Part shown: positions 39,987 through 52,221 of the stretch, in pieces
Layout: each line of letters begins with the position of its first letter
How positions within the stretch are numbered: the first letter of the stretch is position 1
NCBI RefSeq assembly: GCF_035594765.1
Contig: NW_026943825.1
Coordinates: 16,980,590-17,044,589, forward strand
Direction of reading: 5' to 3'
Length of the DNA: 64,000 bases
Origin: Anolis carolinensis
Taxonomy: Eukaryota
Notes under the pieces: model-generated
The model's input: only the letters and a program-made list of their open reading frames with translations
Databases searched by the model: none
Told to the model about the DNA's origin: nothing
Position numbers and translations under genes: made by a program

Positions 39987-41957
39987 TTATTTAATAATAA
40001 TAATAATAATAATAATAAAGTTTATTTATATCCCGCCTCCATCTTTCCCGAAGGGGACTTGGGGTGGCTTACAGCAAAATCAGATACAAAACAATCTATA
40101 TATATAAATGAGTGATGGCATCACGGCGACCCACAAAACCAACAAAACTACAGGTTGACAACACAACCCATCATCCATGCCTCTAGGTTGATACAACAAA
40201 AATAAAAGAAAAATAAAGTCCTACTTAGAGGGAGAGCAAGAATTGTTTTTATCCAATTGCTGCCACTTAGAAGGCTAAGCTCCGCCCACTTGGTCTCCTA
40301 GCAACCCACTCAGCCCAGTATTAATAAAAGAATAAAAAATAAAATAAATACAAATAATACAATAAAAATAATTAAAAAGACTAAAAAATTAATACAATAA
40401 AATACTATAACAAAATAACTAAAAATAATACAACAAAATAATAAAATATAATAAATAAAAAGATAAGTTACAATAAAATTAATTTAAAAAATACAAATAA
40501 CGTCAAATAAAAATTCCACAACAACTTTTAACCAGTACCACCACCACTTTGCCACAGCAACGCGTGGCTGGGCACAGCTAGTATAAAATAAAATATGAAA
40601 CATCAAAGAACAAAACCAATAATAATATATACACAGCAACCGAAAAAACACAACGCGGTATTAAAACAACGCGGTATTATTTATTTATTTGCTACATTTA
40701 TATCCCGCCCTTCTCACCCCGAAGGGGACTCAGAGCGGCTTACAAATTAAATTTACATACAATATTATATTATTAGCATAGTACAATACTGGCAATAAAT
40801 TACTATATTGTACTGTATCAACATATTGTAAAATTATTAGTAATATTACATGTAAAATATAATATATATAATTAATATTATATTGTATTATTAGTATTAT
40901 ATCGTATTACAATATAATATTATAAATATTATATGTATATACAATATATTATAATTATTATATATTANNNNNNNNNNNNNNNNNNNNNNNNNNNNNNNNN
41001 NNNNNNNNNNNNNNNNNNNNNNNNNNNNNNNNNNNNNNNNNNNNNNNNNNNNNNNNNNNNNNNNNNNNNNNNNNNNNNNNNNNNNNNNNNNNNNNNNNNN
41101 NNNNNNNNNNNNNNNNNNNNNNNNNCACGTGTTGCTGTGGTTTATGGGAATCCTTTGTTGGCCAGGTGGAATAGCAGTGAATAGCCTTGCAGTCTCAAAG
41201 CCTGGCCGTTTTCTGGAGTAGCTGGAGCTTTTTGTTGTATGAACATAGAGGCATGGATGAGGGGTTGTGCTGCCAAGTTTAGTGTTTCTGGGATGTGTAG
41301 TTTTGTTGTTTTGTCCTAGGCCGAAACGTCATTACCCTTTTATATATATAGACTAGCTGTGCCCGGCCACGCGTTGCTGTGGCGAAGTCTGGTGGTCTGG
41401 GAAATAAAGTATTGAGGAATTGGTGGTAGTTAAGGTAAAGGGTAAAGGTTTTCTCCTGACATTAAGTCCAGTTGTGTCCAACTGCACACTGAAGTGGATT
41501 ATATGGCAGTGTGGAGTCAAGATAATCTGGTTCAAAGCAGATAATATAAGATTATAAATGGGTTCTATAGCTCTGTGGAAGGGCCTTGAGTCTACACTGC
41601 CATATAATCCAGTTCAAATATGATAATCTGTATTTTATAGGCAGTGAAGAAGAGGCCTAAGTGAGGCCTTACTCTGCCTGTCCCCTGGGCTGAGTGGGTT
41701 GCTGGGAGACCAAGTGGATGGAGCTTAGCCTTCTAACTGGCAGCAATTGGAATAAAAACAATTATTCCTCTCCCTCTAATTAGGACTTTATTTTTCTTTT
41801 CTTTTTGTTGTATGAACGTAGAGGCATGAATGAGGGGTTGTGCTGCCAAGTTTAGTGTTTCTGGGATGTGTAGTTTTGTTGTTTTGTCTTGGCCGAAACG
41901 TCATTACCCTTTTATATATATAGATATATATAAAAATAGCATAGCATGTTATCTATC

Positions 41958-41999
<42 letters not shown>

Positions 42000-42958
42000 G
42001 ATGATAATAATAAGATCAGGGAGATTGGTTTTGATGACCTTTGGGAATCTGTTATCTATCTATTAGGAATTGTGGGATTTGTAGTCCTAAACACCGGGAG
42101 GGAGGGAGGGCCGCAGTTGGCCCGTGGCTGATGTAGATGTATCCTAATATGTTTTCTATCCATGTCATAATGTAATGTTATTAATAATTTAAAAATCATT
42201 GTGACTATAACTCCTTAACCAGGCCAAGTCTTCAGCGAGGAGTTTAACAAGATCAACATCTTGAGGAAAGTCCCGGTTCTGAAAGACGGCGATTTCACCC
42301 TGGAAGAGAGGTATGTACAGCCGCGGCTGTAGAGAAAGACCCCGGTGGGGCCGTTCCAACCGGCGACTGTGGCAATGACCCCCCCCTTCCTTCCTTCCTT
42401 CCTTCCTTCCTTCCTTCCTTCCTTCCTTCCTTCCTTCCTTCCTTCCTTCCTTTCCCAGCACCGCCATCTTGCTCTACCTGACCCGCAAATACAACACGCC
42501 CAGCCACTGGTACCCGCCAGACATGAAGAAACGGGCCCGGGTGGACGAGTTCTTGGCCTGGCAGCACTCGAACCTGCGCCCCTGCGCCTCCAAGATCCTG
42601 TGGCTGAGGGTGAGGAGCCCTCTCGGGTGGGGCGGGGGGGGGGGGGGGGCATTCCTTATAGTCACGATATCTCTCTCCCCGTAGGCAATGTGGGCTGTGG
42701 TGGCGAGGTGGCTTCCCAGGGAGGGTCCACGCCTTATACCCTGTTTCCCCGAAAATAAGACATCCCCAAAAAATAATATATGCTAATAATATAATATAAT
42801 ATAATATATTGTATGTACATATAATTTATAAGCCACTCTGAGTCCCCTTTGGGGTGAGAAGGGTGTGATACAAATGTAGTAAATAAATGCAGTAAATAAT
42901 AAATAAATAAATAAATTTTAGACTTGGGCTCACCCAAAGTCTGAAATGACTTGAAGGC

Positions 42959-42992
<34 letters not shown>

Positions 42993-43759
42993 CCCTAATT
43001 AACGTGACTATCTCATTGGCCAGAAGCAGGAGCACACTTCCCATTGAAATCCTGATAAATGTAGGTTGGTTAAAATTGTTTTTATTTTTAAAGATTGTAT
43101 TGTTCTTTTATTGTTCTTGTTGTTGTTGTTTTTGCACAACAAATAAGACATATGCAGTGTGCATCGGAATTTGTTTTTATTTTTTTCCAAATGATAATCC
43201 GGCCCCTCAGCAGTCTGAAGGATTGTGGACCGGCCCTCGGCTTAAAACGTTTGAGGACCCCCGTCCCAGAGGGACTCAGGGCGGCTCACAAAACACTCAG
43301 GGTGTGACACAAAATACGAGGAGGAGACCCCTTGACCGTTTCCACGGCCTGTTCTTTCCCCTTCAAGTCTGCTGGTCTTTTCTCCGCTGCCCACTCCTTT
43401 TCAAGGAGCAGGTGGAGATTCCAGCGGGGATCCCATCAGGTCTGCTGGCTTTGTTCTGTTGTCGTTGGCCGGTGTCTTTGCCGACTTCCTTCCTCCCAAC
43501 CGAGGAGGACGGTGTCATGAAGTCCTGGGGGCCCTTTCCTCACACAGCGGTGTCTCTGTCCCGTTCTATCTACCGTAGGTGGTGATCCCGCTCTTCCTGG
43601 GCCAGCAGGTCCCCTCCGAGAAAGTCCAGGACGCGCTGGAGGAGCTGAACATCGCCCTCCAGAAGCTGGAGGAGAAGTTCCTTCAGGACCGGCCCTTCAT
43701 GATCGGGAACGAGATCTCCCTGGCTGACCTGGTGGCCGTCGTGGAGCTCATGCAGGTAA

Positions 43760-43791
<32 letters not shown>

Positions 43792-45621
43792 GTAAAACTT
43801 TATTTATATACTGCCCTGTCTCCCGGATGGGACTCAGGGCGGTTTACAGTCATAAACGCAAACACAAACATTACAGAACAACATAACACAAGTTCAAAAC
43901 TTCATGAGGACGAACCACCACAGAACATGAGGTCACAGTCAAAAAGTGATGATAAGACGTTATCTAAAACAGCGCTCAAAAATCAAAGGAAGCACGAGGC
44001 AAAGAAAGTTGCTAAACAGGAGGCCAGGGCCGAAGGGAACCAGGAAAGTGCTCCAGCCCCAGCCGTGCAGACTGCATTGCACAATATACCACCCGCTGTA
44101 ACATTGGGAGATCCTGAAGTGGATACGAAGATAAAGAATCTGAGGAAGAAGCTAAAAGCAATTGAACAGCTGAAAGATCAAGCTCCTACAGGCAAACAAC
44201 TAGAGAAAAACCAGCTGGAGAAGATTCAAAAAGAGGCTGCCCTTTTAAAGGAGCTTGAAAATCTGGAACTGGGACTCTAGAACGACAGAAGAATTGCAGT
44301 TTTGTTCTACAGAATCACTGAATAGTAAATGACTTCAGAATGTCCATTTTTAAATGCATACAGCACAGATGCTTTTTATTATTTCCCTTTAATATCTAAA
44401 TAATTGCAGAATTTAACAAGAAATGTAATTTAGAGCCAGGCAAACCATTTACTGTGTTTCAAAACACATTGATGAACTCCTAGTAAAGTACAAGGGGTCT
44501 TCTTACTTTTTACACAAAGTAAAATAATACAACACAGTCTTGGGACATGGAGGTAAAGTGTCTTTAACTTTGGAGCACCTTAATTAAAGCACCAGCAAGT
44601 CTTGAGCAAGTCTTGAGAGGAAGAGAGGAGAAAACAAGTGCACAGAGGTGTTGTAGTTCCCGGAGTTTGGAGTTTTCTATTTGTGTTTTGGAGTTCTTTC
44701 TGTTTCAGTTCATATAGTTTTAGTTAGAAACTCCTCAGCAGTAGGTGTTGTTTGCAGAGTAACAGAGATAAGTATGAGCAACAAGGAGTAGGAAGCAGCA
44801 TACACGGCACAAGTAATGTGAGCAAACAGCCAGAGTTTCTACAATAATGTTGCTCACTGCTCAAGCTGGAGATAACTGAAACAGACTGGAGCAGAATGGG
44901 AGTAAAATAAAATAAAAATATTAAAAGATAAAAGTAAGGAAAACAATGACGATACCGGAGCTCAGCTGAATGCCTCTTAACTCTCCGGTGTCTGCCTCCC
45001 GACTGTCAAAATAATACAATTATAACAATAAATCACACTTACATGACCAGATCAAGGGAACGGGAACCATAAAACCAATATATTAAAATGTATCATTTTA
45101 GGCTTGGGAAATCTTGTGCAATATATTCAGGCCCAGAAATCGGCGGTAGTCCAATGTAATTACTCAAAAACCTGCCGACACCACCAAGTCTTCAGTTCTC
45201 ACAAGTATGTGTACATATAGCAAAACAGTTTGAGTTTAAGACACTCTACTGCTTAAAGCATCTAGTACAGGGTTAAGCTTTTACTCATATATGCATAAGT
45301 AACAAAATAGTTAGAGTTCAATTCCCTCTTTTGCGACTTTCTATGATAATATTATAGTTTCGCAGTATGCTGCAAGTAGTTGTCTTCTTTTGCTTTTCTG
45401 CATAGGAGGAGCAGGTTGGTAAGTAGAAATGAAGGAATTCATACACCCTACATTGAGAATCACCATACCCCTCAACAGTTTATCGGCAGCCAGTGGAGCT
45501 GCTTTAAGAGGGGCGTTGTGTCCTCCTCCGTGGTCACGAGAAGAAGGAGGGACGGGCGGGGTCTTAGGAGGGGAGTGTGCTCTCTCCGGCCACGGTGGCG
45601 GCCCTTCACGCCCCGTCTCTC

Positions 45622-45665
<44 letters not shown>

Positions 45666-45863
45666 GCCGGTGGGCGCGGGATGGGATTCGTTCGAGGGCC
45701 GCCCGCGGCTGCAGGAGTGGCGCAAGCGCGTGGAGCTGACCCTGGGGAAGGAGCTCTTCCTGGAGGCGCACGGGCGCATCCTCAACGCCCAGGAGCTGCG
45801 CAACATCGCCATCGACCGCTCAAGGCCCAGATGAAGCCCATGCTGCTCAAGATGCTCAAGTAG
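39628..45863 (+). CDS. Glutathione S-transferase theta, paralog C; frameshift near the C-terminus as assembled
   Basis: Exons 39628-39739, 42223-42310, 42459-42609, 43579-43755 and 45667-end. In-frame stop TGA at 45832-45834; the homologous stop TAG at 45861-45863 is in another frame (197 nt vs 201 nt in A and B). Confidence 0.87.
43888..44280 (+). pseudogene. EIF2A: 5'-truncated processed copy of EIF2A (C-terminal ~130 codons, probably followed by 3' UTR to ~44900)
   Basis: [12 protein letters not shown]...[16 protein letters not shown]...[23 protein letters not shown]...[15 protein letters not shown]...LELGL* matches the eIF2A C-terminus as I recall it. No introns and no WD40 portion. Confidence 0.88.
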
Positions 45864-46572
45864 ACCACCAGCACCACACGCACACCAACGGGCAGCGCCG
45901 CCTTCCGCCATTCCTTCCTTGCGCCCCCCCCCCCCTGGTCGCCCTCCCTTTGAATCCCAATGGGAGGCCACAAAGGCATTCTGGGAATAAAACAGTGGAG
46001 ACATTATGCCAATGACATGTGCAGAGACCATATATCTATCTATATAAAAGAGTGATGGCATCACGGCGACCCACAAAACAACAAATCTACAGGCCCCCCA
46101 ACCTCCAAGTTTGACAACACAACCCATCATCCACACCTCTAGGTTGATACAACAAAAAGAAAAGAAAAATAAAGTCCTAATTAGCGAGAGAGGAATAATT
46201 GCTTTTATCCAATTGCTGCCAGTTAGAAGGCTGAGCTTGTTACCTATGTCAACTTGATAAAGACACAGCAGGGTCTATTCCCATCTCAATTGGCACTTCC
46301 AAGAATTTGCAGCACTTTCTCAGTCGCCTCGTGTTTACAATATTTATCTGGTGCACCTTACCCAGTCTACTTTTATAACCTCTCCATTTTAATCCATGTT
46401 TTTATTAGCTCTTGTCATTTGTTTTTACTGGCTAATGTTTAAATTTTATAATTGTGGATGCCTTTTGCCTATTGTTGTGTTTTATATTGCTATTGTTTTT
46501 ATTCGGGCTTGGCCCCATGTCAGCCACCCTGAGTCCCCTTTGGGGAGATAGAGGCGGGGTATAAAAATAAAC

Positions 46573-46620
<48 letters not shown>

Positions 46621-46640
46621 GCTCCTCCAACTTGGTCTCC

Positions 46641-48455
46641 TAATAAATAATAATAATAATATAATAATTTTATTTTTGTACCCCGCCACCATCTCCCCAG
46701 TGGGACTCGGGGCGGCTTACAGATATAAAACCAGCATACAGTATACGGTTTTACAAAAACACACAAGTAAATTGAAAAGGCATTAAAAATCATGATCATT
46801 ATAAAACATATGAAAACACAGCAATGAGCTGGGCAAAGTGCACTGAGTGGAACTTGTAAACAAGAAGGAAGTTAAGGTGCTACAAGGTCATGGGAAGAGC
46901 CTTAGACTGGGGTGAACTCTGAGGCTACGTCAAGGAGTTAACCAACAACTGGTCAGAAGGACCCGCTCGTACCAGGGTTTAGTGAACAGTGGGCGGAACT
47001 TCTTCAAAGGCCTGTTTGAAGAGCCAGGTTTCCAGGCTCTTCCTGAACACTTCCAAGGAGGCCGCTTGCCTATTTCCCTGGGGAGCGCGTTCCAGAGCCG
47101 GGATGGGGGCCGCCACGGAGAAGGAAGGCCCTCTCTCTCCCTCGTCCCCACCAGCCGCGATTGCGAGGGTGGTGGGAGCGAGAGCAGGGCCTCCCCGATG
47201 AACGAAGAGATCGTGCAGGTTCGTAGGGAGAGATGCGGTCTCTAAGGTAAGTGGGTCCCAAACCATTCAGGGCTTTGTAGGTCAGCACCTGCACCTTGAA
47301 TTGGGTCCGGAAGGTGAGCGGCAGCCAGTGGAGCTCCTTGAACAGGGGCGTAGACCCCTCCCTGTCATTCGCTCCTGTTAGGAACCTGGCTGCCGCCCGC
47401 TGAACTAGCTGGAGTTTCTGGTCCGTCTTCAAAGGCAGCCCCACGTAGAGTGCGTTGCAATAATCCAATCTAGAGGTAACTAAGGCGTGGACCACCCTGG
47501 TCAGATCAGACTTCTCGAGGTACGGTCGCAGCTGGCGCACAAGTTTTAGTTGTGCAAAGGCCGACACCTGAGCCTCAAGCGTCAGAGATGAGTCCAGGAG
47601 GACCCCCAAGCTGCCATGGACCTGCGCCTTCAGGGGGAGTGCGACCCCGTCAAGCACAGGTGGCCACCCTATGCCCCGATCAGACGTACGACTGACCTGG
47701 AGGACCTCTGTCTTGTCGGGATTAAGCTTCAGCTTGTTCGCCCTCATCCAGCCCATCACAGCCGCCAGGCACTGGTCCAGAATCCGAGGGGCTTCCTTGG
47801 AGTTTGGTGGAAAAGAGTAGCAGAGTTGGGTGTCATCCGCGTAGAGATAGCACCGCACTCCAAAACTCCAGATGACCTCTCCCAGCGGTTTCATGTAGAT
47901 GTTAAAAAGCATGGGGGACAGAATGGAACCTTGCGGGACCCCACAGGTCAAAGGCCAGGGGTCCGGGCAGGTGTCCCCCAGCTTCACCAACTGGGATCGG
48001 CCCTCCAGAAAGGACTGGAGCCACTGGAGCGCAGTACCCCCAAGGCCCATCCCGGAGAGCCGTCCCAGAAGGAGACCATGGTCGATGGTATCGAAAGCGG
48101 CTGAGATGTCCAAGAGAACCAGCAGGGTCACCCTCCCCTGTCCAGTTCCCTGCAGAGGTCATCCACCAAGGCCACCCAAGCCGTCTCGGTGCTGTGCCCA
48201 GGTCTAAAGCCGGACTGCGATGGGTCCAGAAAATCAGTGTCATCCAAGAACCCCTGGAGCTGAGAGGCAACCACCCGCTCCAGGATCTTGCCCAAAAAAG
48301 GAAGATTCGAGATTGGTCTGTAGTTATTTAGGATGGTCGAATCAAGGGAGGCTTTCTTCAAAATTGGCCTCACTATAGCCTGTTTTAGGGCAGATGGAAA
48401 TTTGCCTTGAACCAGAGAGGCATTAATTATAAGGGAAATAAGGGTAGTCAATGGT
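46641..48455 (-). mobile_element. L2-clade LINE, 5'-truncated, with a frameshifted RT ORF2
   Basis: NYRPISNLPFLGKILE, QSGFRPGHSTETA, LLDISAAFDTIDH, GVPQGSILSP, YADDTQL, SRLDYCN, LHWLP; 3' UTR and (TTA)n tail at ~46641-46720. Confidence 0.92.
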
Positions 48456-48460
48456 TTTTG

Positions 48461-48746
48461 AGCCGCTGTGTGTGTTTGTCTCCATCCAGTGGTGAAAGGC
48501 GCGCATTGCAGGCGGAGATAAAGTGAATAGGGAATAAGCCGCTGTGTGTGTTTGTCTCCATCCAGTGGTGAAAGGTGCGCATTGCAGGCGGAGAGAGAGT
48601 GAATGGCCAGGAAGCCGCTGAGTGTGTGTTTGTCTCCATCCAGTGGTGAAAGGCGCGCATTGCAGGCGGAGAGAAAATGAATGGCCAGGAAGCCGCTGAG
48701 TGTGTTTGTCTCCATCCAGTGGTGAAAGGCGCGCATTGCAGGCGGA
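48461..48746. repeat. ~77-bp tandem repeat, ~4 copies, at the 5' break of the L2
   Basis: AGCCGCTG...GTTTGTCTCCATCCAGTGGTGAAAGGCGCGCATTGCAGGCGGA at 48461, 48537, 48613 and 48691. Confidence 0.92.
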
Positions 48747-48807
48747 CTGGAAAATTCCCCGCCTTGATCTCAATGGAGAGGGAGGAGGAGGAGGAAGCCC
48801 TCTCCAT

Positions 48808-48865
<58 letters not shown>

Positions 48866-49082
48866 ATGCTTTTTATTGAAGTTTTCTTACATGTACATAG
48901 ACTAAAAAGAATAAAAAACCCAACTACAAGAGATACGTTTTATTCAAATATAGACACGAATCGTGGTTCAGAATCGATATGATCTGGGCCACAAACTCAC
49001 TTGTAACCAAAATGGACAAAATAAACATTTTATCAAGAGATAAATCGGACCCCTCTTGCCTCGTTTCCAACAGACTTCCCAA

Positions 49083-49123
49083 CCTCTGAGGATGCCTGCC
49101 AGAGATGTGGGCGAAACGTCAGG
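49083..49123 (+). ncRNA. Minimal hammerhead ribozyme motif (Penelope-type)
   Basis: Stem I CCT/AGG, core CTGAGGA, stem II GCCTGC/GTGGGC, GAAA, palindromic ACGT stem III, GTC cleavage triplet. Confidence 0.65.
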
Positions 49124-49285
49124 AGAGAATGCTTCTGGTACAGCAACCCAATTATTTTATATTATTATATATATTGCACTATAGTATTATAACACGATGT
49201 ATATCATACACCACCGGTATATTATATGATTAGTATTATATAATATACTGTGCCATATCATAAGTTGCAGTATATATAATATAAA

Positions 49286-50335
49286 TTTTAGATGAAAACG
49301 GAGAGCGCATGCGTCGAGCAGCTCCCTGCTGTCCCGCCCAATTCGGCGAAACCCTGTCTGAGCCTGTGACGTGCGGGAGAATCGTCCAATCGGGAGGCGG
49401 CCCAGGGAGAAGGGGTGGGACCAAGGCCAAAAAGGCGGCCGGATTGGGAGGCTAACATATATTTTAGATGACACCGGAGTGCGCATGCGTCGAGCAGCTC
49501 CCTGCTGTCCCGCCCAATTTTGAGAAGCCCTGTCTGAGCCTGTGACGTGCGGGAGAATCGTCCAATCGGGAGGCGGCACAGGGAGAAGGGGTGGGACCAA
49601 GGCCAAAAAGGCGGCCGGATTGGCAGGCTAACATATTTTAGATGACAACGGAGTGCGCATGCGTCGAGCAGCTCCCTGCTTTCCGTCCCAATTTTGAGAA
49701 GCCCTGTCTGAGCCTGTGACGTGCGGGAGAATCGTCCAATCGGGAGGCGGCACAGGGAGAAGGGGTGGGACCAAGGCCAAAAAGGCGGCCGGATTGGCAG
49801 GCTAACATATAGTTTAGATGACAATGGAGTGCGCATGCGTCGAGCAGCTCCCTGCTGTCCCGCCCAATTTTGAGAAACCCTGTCTGAGCCTGTGACGTGC
49901 GGGAGAATCGTCCAATCGGGAGGCGGCCCAGGGAAAAGGGGTGGGACCAAGGCCAAAAAGGCGGCCGGATTGGCAGGCTAACCTATATTTTAGATGACAA
50001 CGGAGTGCGCATGCGTTGAGCAGCTCCCTGCTTTCCCGCCCAATTTTGAGAAGCCCTGTCTGAGCCTGTGACGTGCGGGAGAATCGTCCAATCGGGAGGC
50101 GGCCCAGGGAAAAGGGGTGGGACCAAGGCCAAAAAGGCGGCCGGATTGGCAGGCTAACCTATATTTTAGATGACAACGGAGTGCGCATGCGTTGAGCAGC
50201 TCCCTGCTTTCCCGCCCAATTTTGAGAAGCCCTGTCTGAGCCTGTGACGTGCGGGAGAATCGTCCAATCGGGAGGCGGCCCAGGGGGAAGGGGTGGGACC
50301 AAGGCCAAAAAGGCGGCCGGATTGGGAGGCGGGGC
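49286..50335 (+). promoter_or_regulatory. 6 x 176-bp tandem array of a promoter-like module
   Basis: Units at 49286, 49462, 49636, 49812, 49988 and 50164. Each has GCGCATGCG (NRF1), CCCAAT (usually CCGCCCAAT), TGACGT (CRE), CCAATC, GGGAGGCGG and GATTGG. The repeat is certain; promoter function is inferred. Confidence 0.75.
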
Positions 50336-51265
50336 TTCTTCTTGGCTCTTCAGTTGTCACACTTGCCTCAGCTGTGCCATTTCTCCTGGCGACATAGAAG
50401 ATAATACCTGCTTTTTTGATGAATACTTTAATATCCTGTCTCCTCAAAAATGACAAAACTTTTGTCCAGAGAAAGACAAAGAACAACATTTTAGGAAATT
50501 TACACCATTTGATTTATTTCCAGCCTTAAGACCCACAAAGGGCCATAAAGAGCCAGGTGGCTTTACTCTGAGCAATAAGTTTTACCTCAGAATATGTTTT
50601 TCCTGTCATCTGGAGAACTTCTTTTCACTTTATTCATGTACGTTTCCCTATTATTTCAGGAATTTCTTTATCAAACCTTTACCTCAGAAAAGCCTTGTGA
50701 AATAGAAAGAAGAAAATGCCAATTGTATTTATTAAGAGATGGTTATCTCAGACTTTACCTCAGAAATGGCAGAGCCTTGTGAAACGGAAGGGAGAAACAA
50801 AGGCAAAACTTTTCAAAATTAGCACAGCTTTTTCTGAAGGGACGAGATAAATAGTGTTGCGTTTTATTTATTATAATCTGGTTTATTTCTTGCCAAAGAC
50901 CCTCATGGAGCCAGAAGAGCCACATTTCTTTCAGCCACAACTTTTACCTCAAGCAATCCAGATCTTTTCACTTTATTCGTGTCTGTTTCCTGATTATTTT
51001 AGTAATTTCTTTCTTTACCTCAAACTTTTACCTCAGAAACGGCAAAGCCTCGTGAAATATAAAACAATTTCTATTTTAGGTAATAATACTTTATTATATC
51101 AAACCAAAAAAAATTACAAGGTTTTTTCCAGAGAAGAAGAAAAAAAAAGGCTAAATTTTTGGGTTGTTGTGAGTTTTCTGGGCTGTATGGCTATGTTCCA
51201 GAAGCATTCTCTCCTGACGTTTTGCCCACATCTATGGCAAGAAACCATAGATTGCTGGTGAATGT

Positions 51266-52213
51266 AAACGGGCCGGCAGAACGTTGGATAAGCGAATATG
51301 TTGGATAATGAGGGATTAAGGAAAAGCCTATTAAACATCAAAATAGGTTATGATTTTACAAATTAAGCCCCAAAACATCACGTTTTACAACAAATTTGAC
51401 AGAAAAAGTACAGTAGAGTCTCACTTATCCAACATAAACGGGCCGACAGAACGTTGGATAGGCGAATATGTTGGATAATGAGGAGAGATTAAGGAAAAGC
51501 CTATTAAACATCAAAATAGGTTATGATTTTACAAATTAAGCCCCAAAACATCACGTTTTACAACAAATTTGACAGAAAAAGTACAGTAGAGTCTCACTTA
51601 TCCAACACAAACGGGCCGACAGAACGTTGGATAAGCGAATATGTTGGATAATGAGGAGAGATTAAGAAAAAACCTATTAAACATCAAAATAGGTTATGAT
51701 TTTACAAATTAAGCCCCAAAACATCACGTTTTACAACAAATTTGACAGAAAAAGTACAGTAGAGTCTCACTTATCCAACACAAACGGGCCGGCAGAATGT
51801 TGGATAAGGGAATATGTTGGATAATGAGGAGAGATTAAGAAAAAACCTATTAAACATCAAAATAGGTTATGATTTTACAAATTAAGCCCCAAAACATCAC
51901 GTTTTACAACAAATTTGACAGAAAAAGTACAGTAGAGTCTCACTTATCCAACACAAACGGGCCGACAGAACGTTGGATAAGCGAATATGTTGGATAATGA
52001 GGAGGGATGAAGGAAAAGCCTATTAAACATCAAAATAGGTTATGATTTTACAAATTAAGCCCCAAAACATCACGTTTTACAACAAATTTGACAGAAAAAG
52101 CATTTCAATACGCAGTAATGTTATGTTGTAATTACTTTATTTATGAATTTAGCACCAAAATATCACGATATATTGAAAACGTTGACTATAAAAATGTGTT
52201 GGATAATCCAGAA
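51266..52213 (+). repeat. 173-bp tandem amplification of the left half of the TA-flanked MITE
   Basis: CAGTAGAGTCTCACTTATCC recurs at 51411, 51584, 51757 and 51930. Confidence 0.93.
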
Positions 52214-52221
52214 CATATATA

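Noticed and set aside
43888-44280. The genuine EIF2A locus
   Set aside because: Only the C-terminal ~130 codons are present, intronless, with no acceptor or upstream exons, embedded in a LINE tail.
47070-48736. Active autonomous retrotransposon
   Set aside because: No endonuclease domain or ORF1, frameshifts near 48130 and ~47150, and the N-terminal part of the 202-aa ORF is an unrelated tandem repeat.
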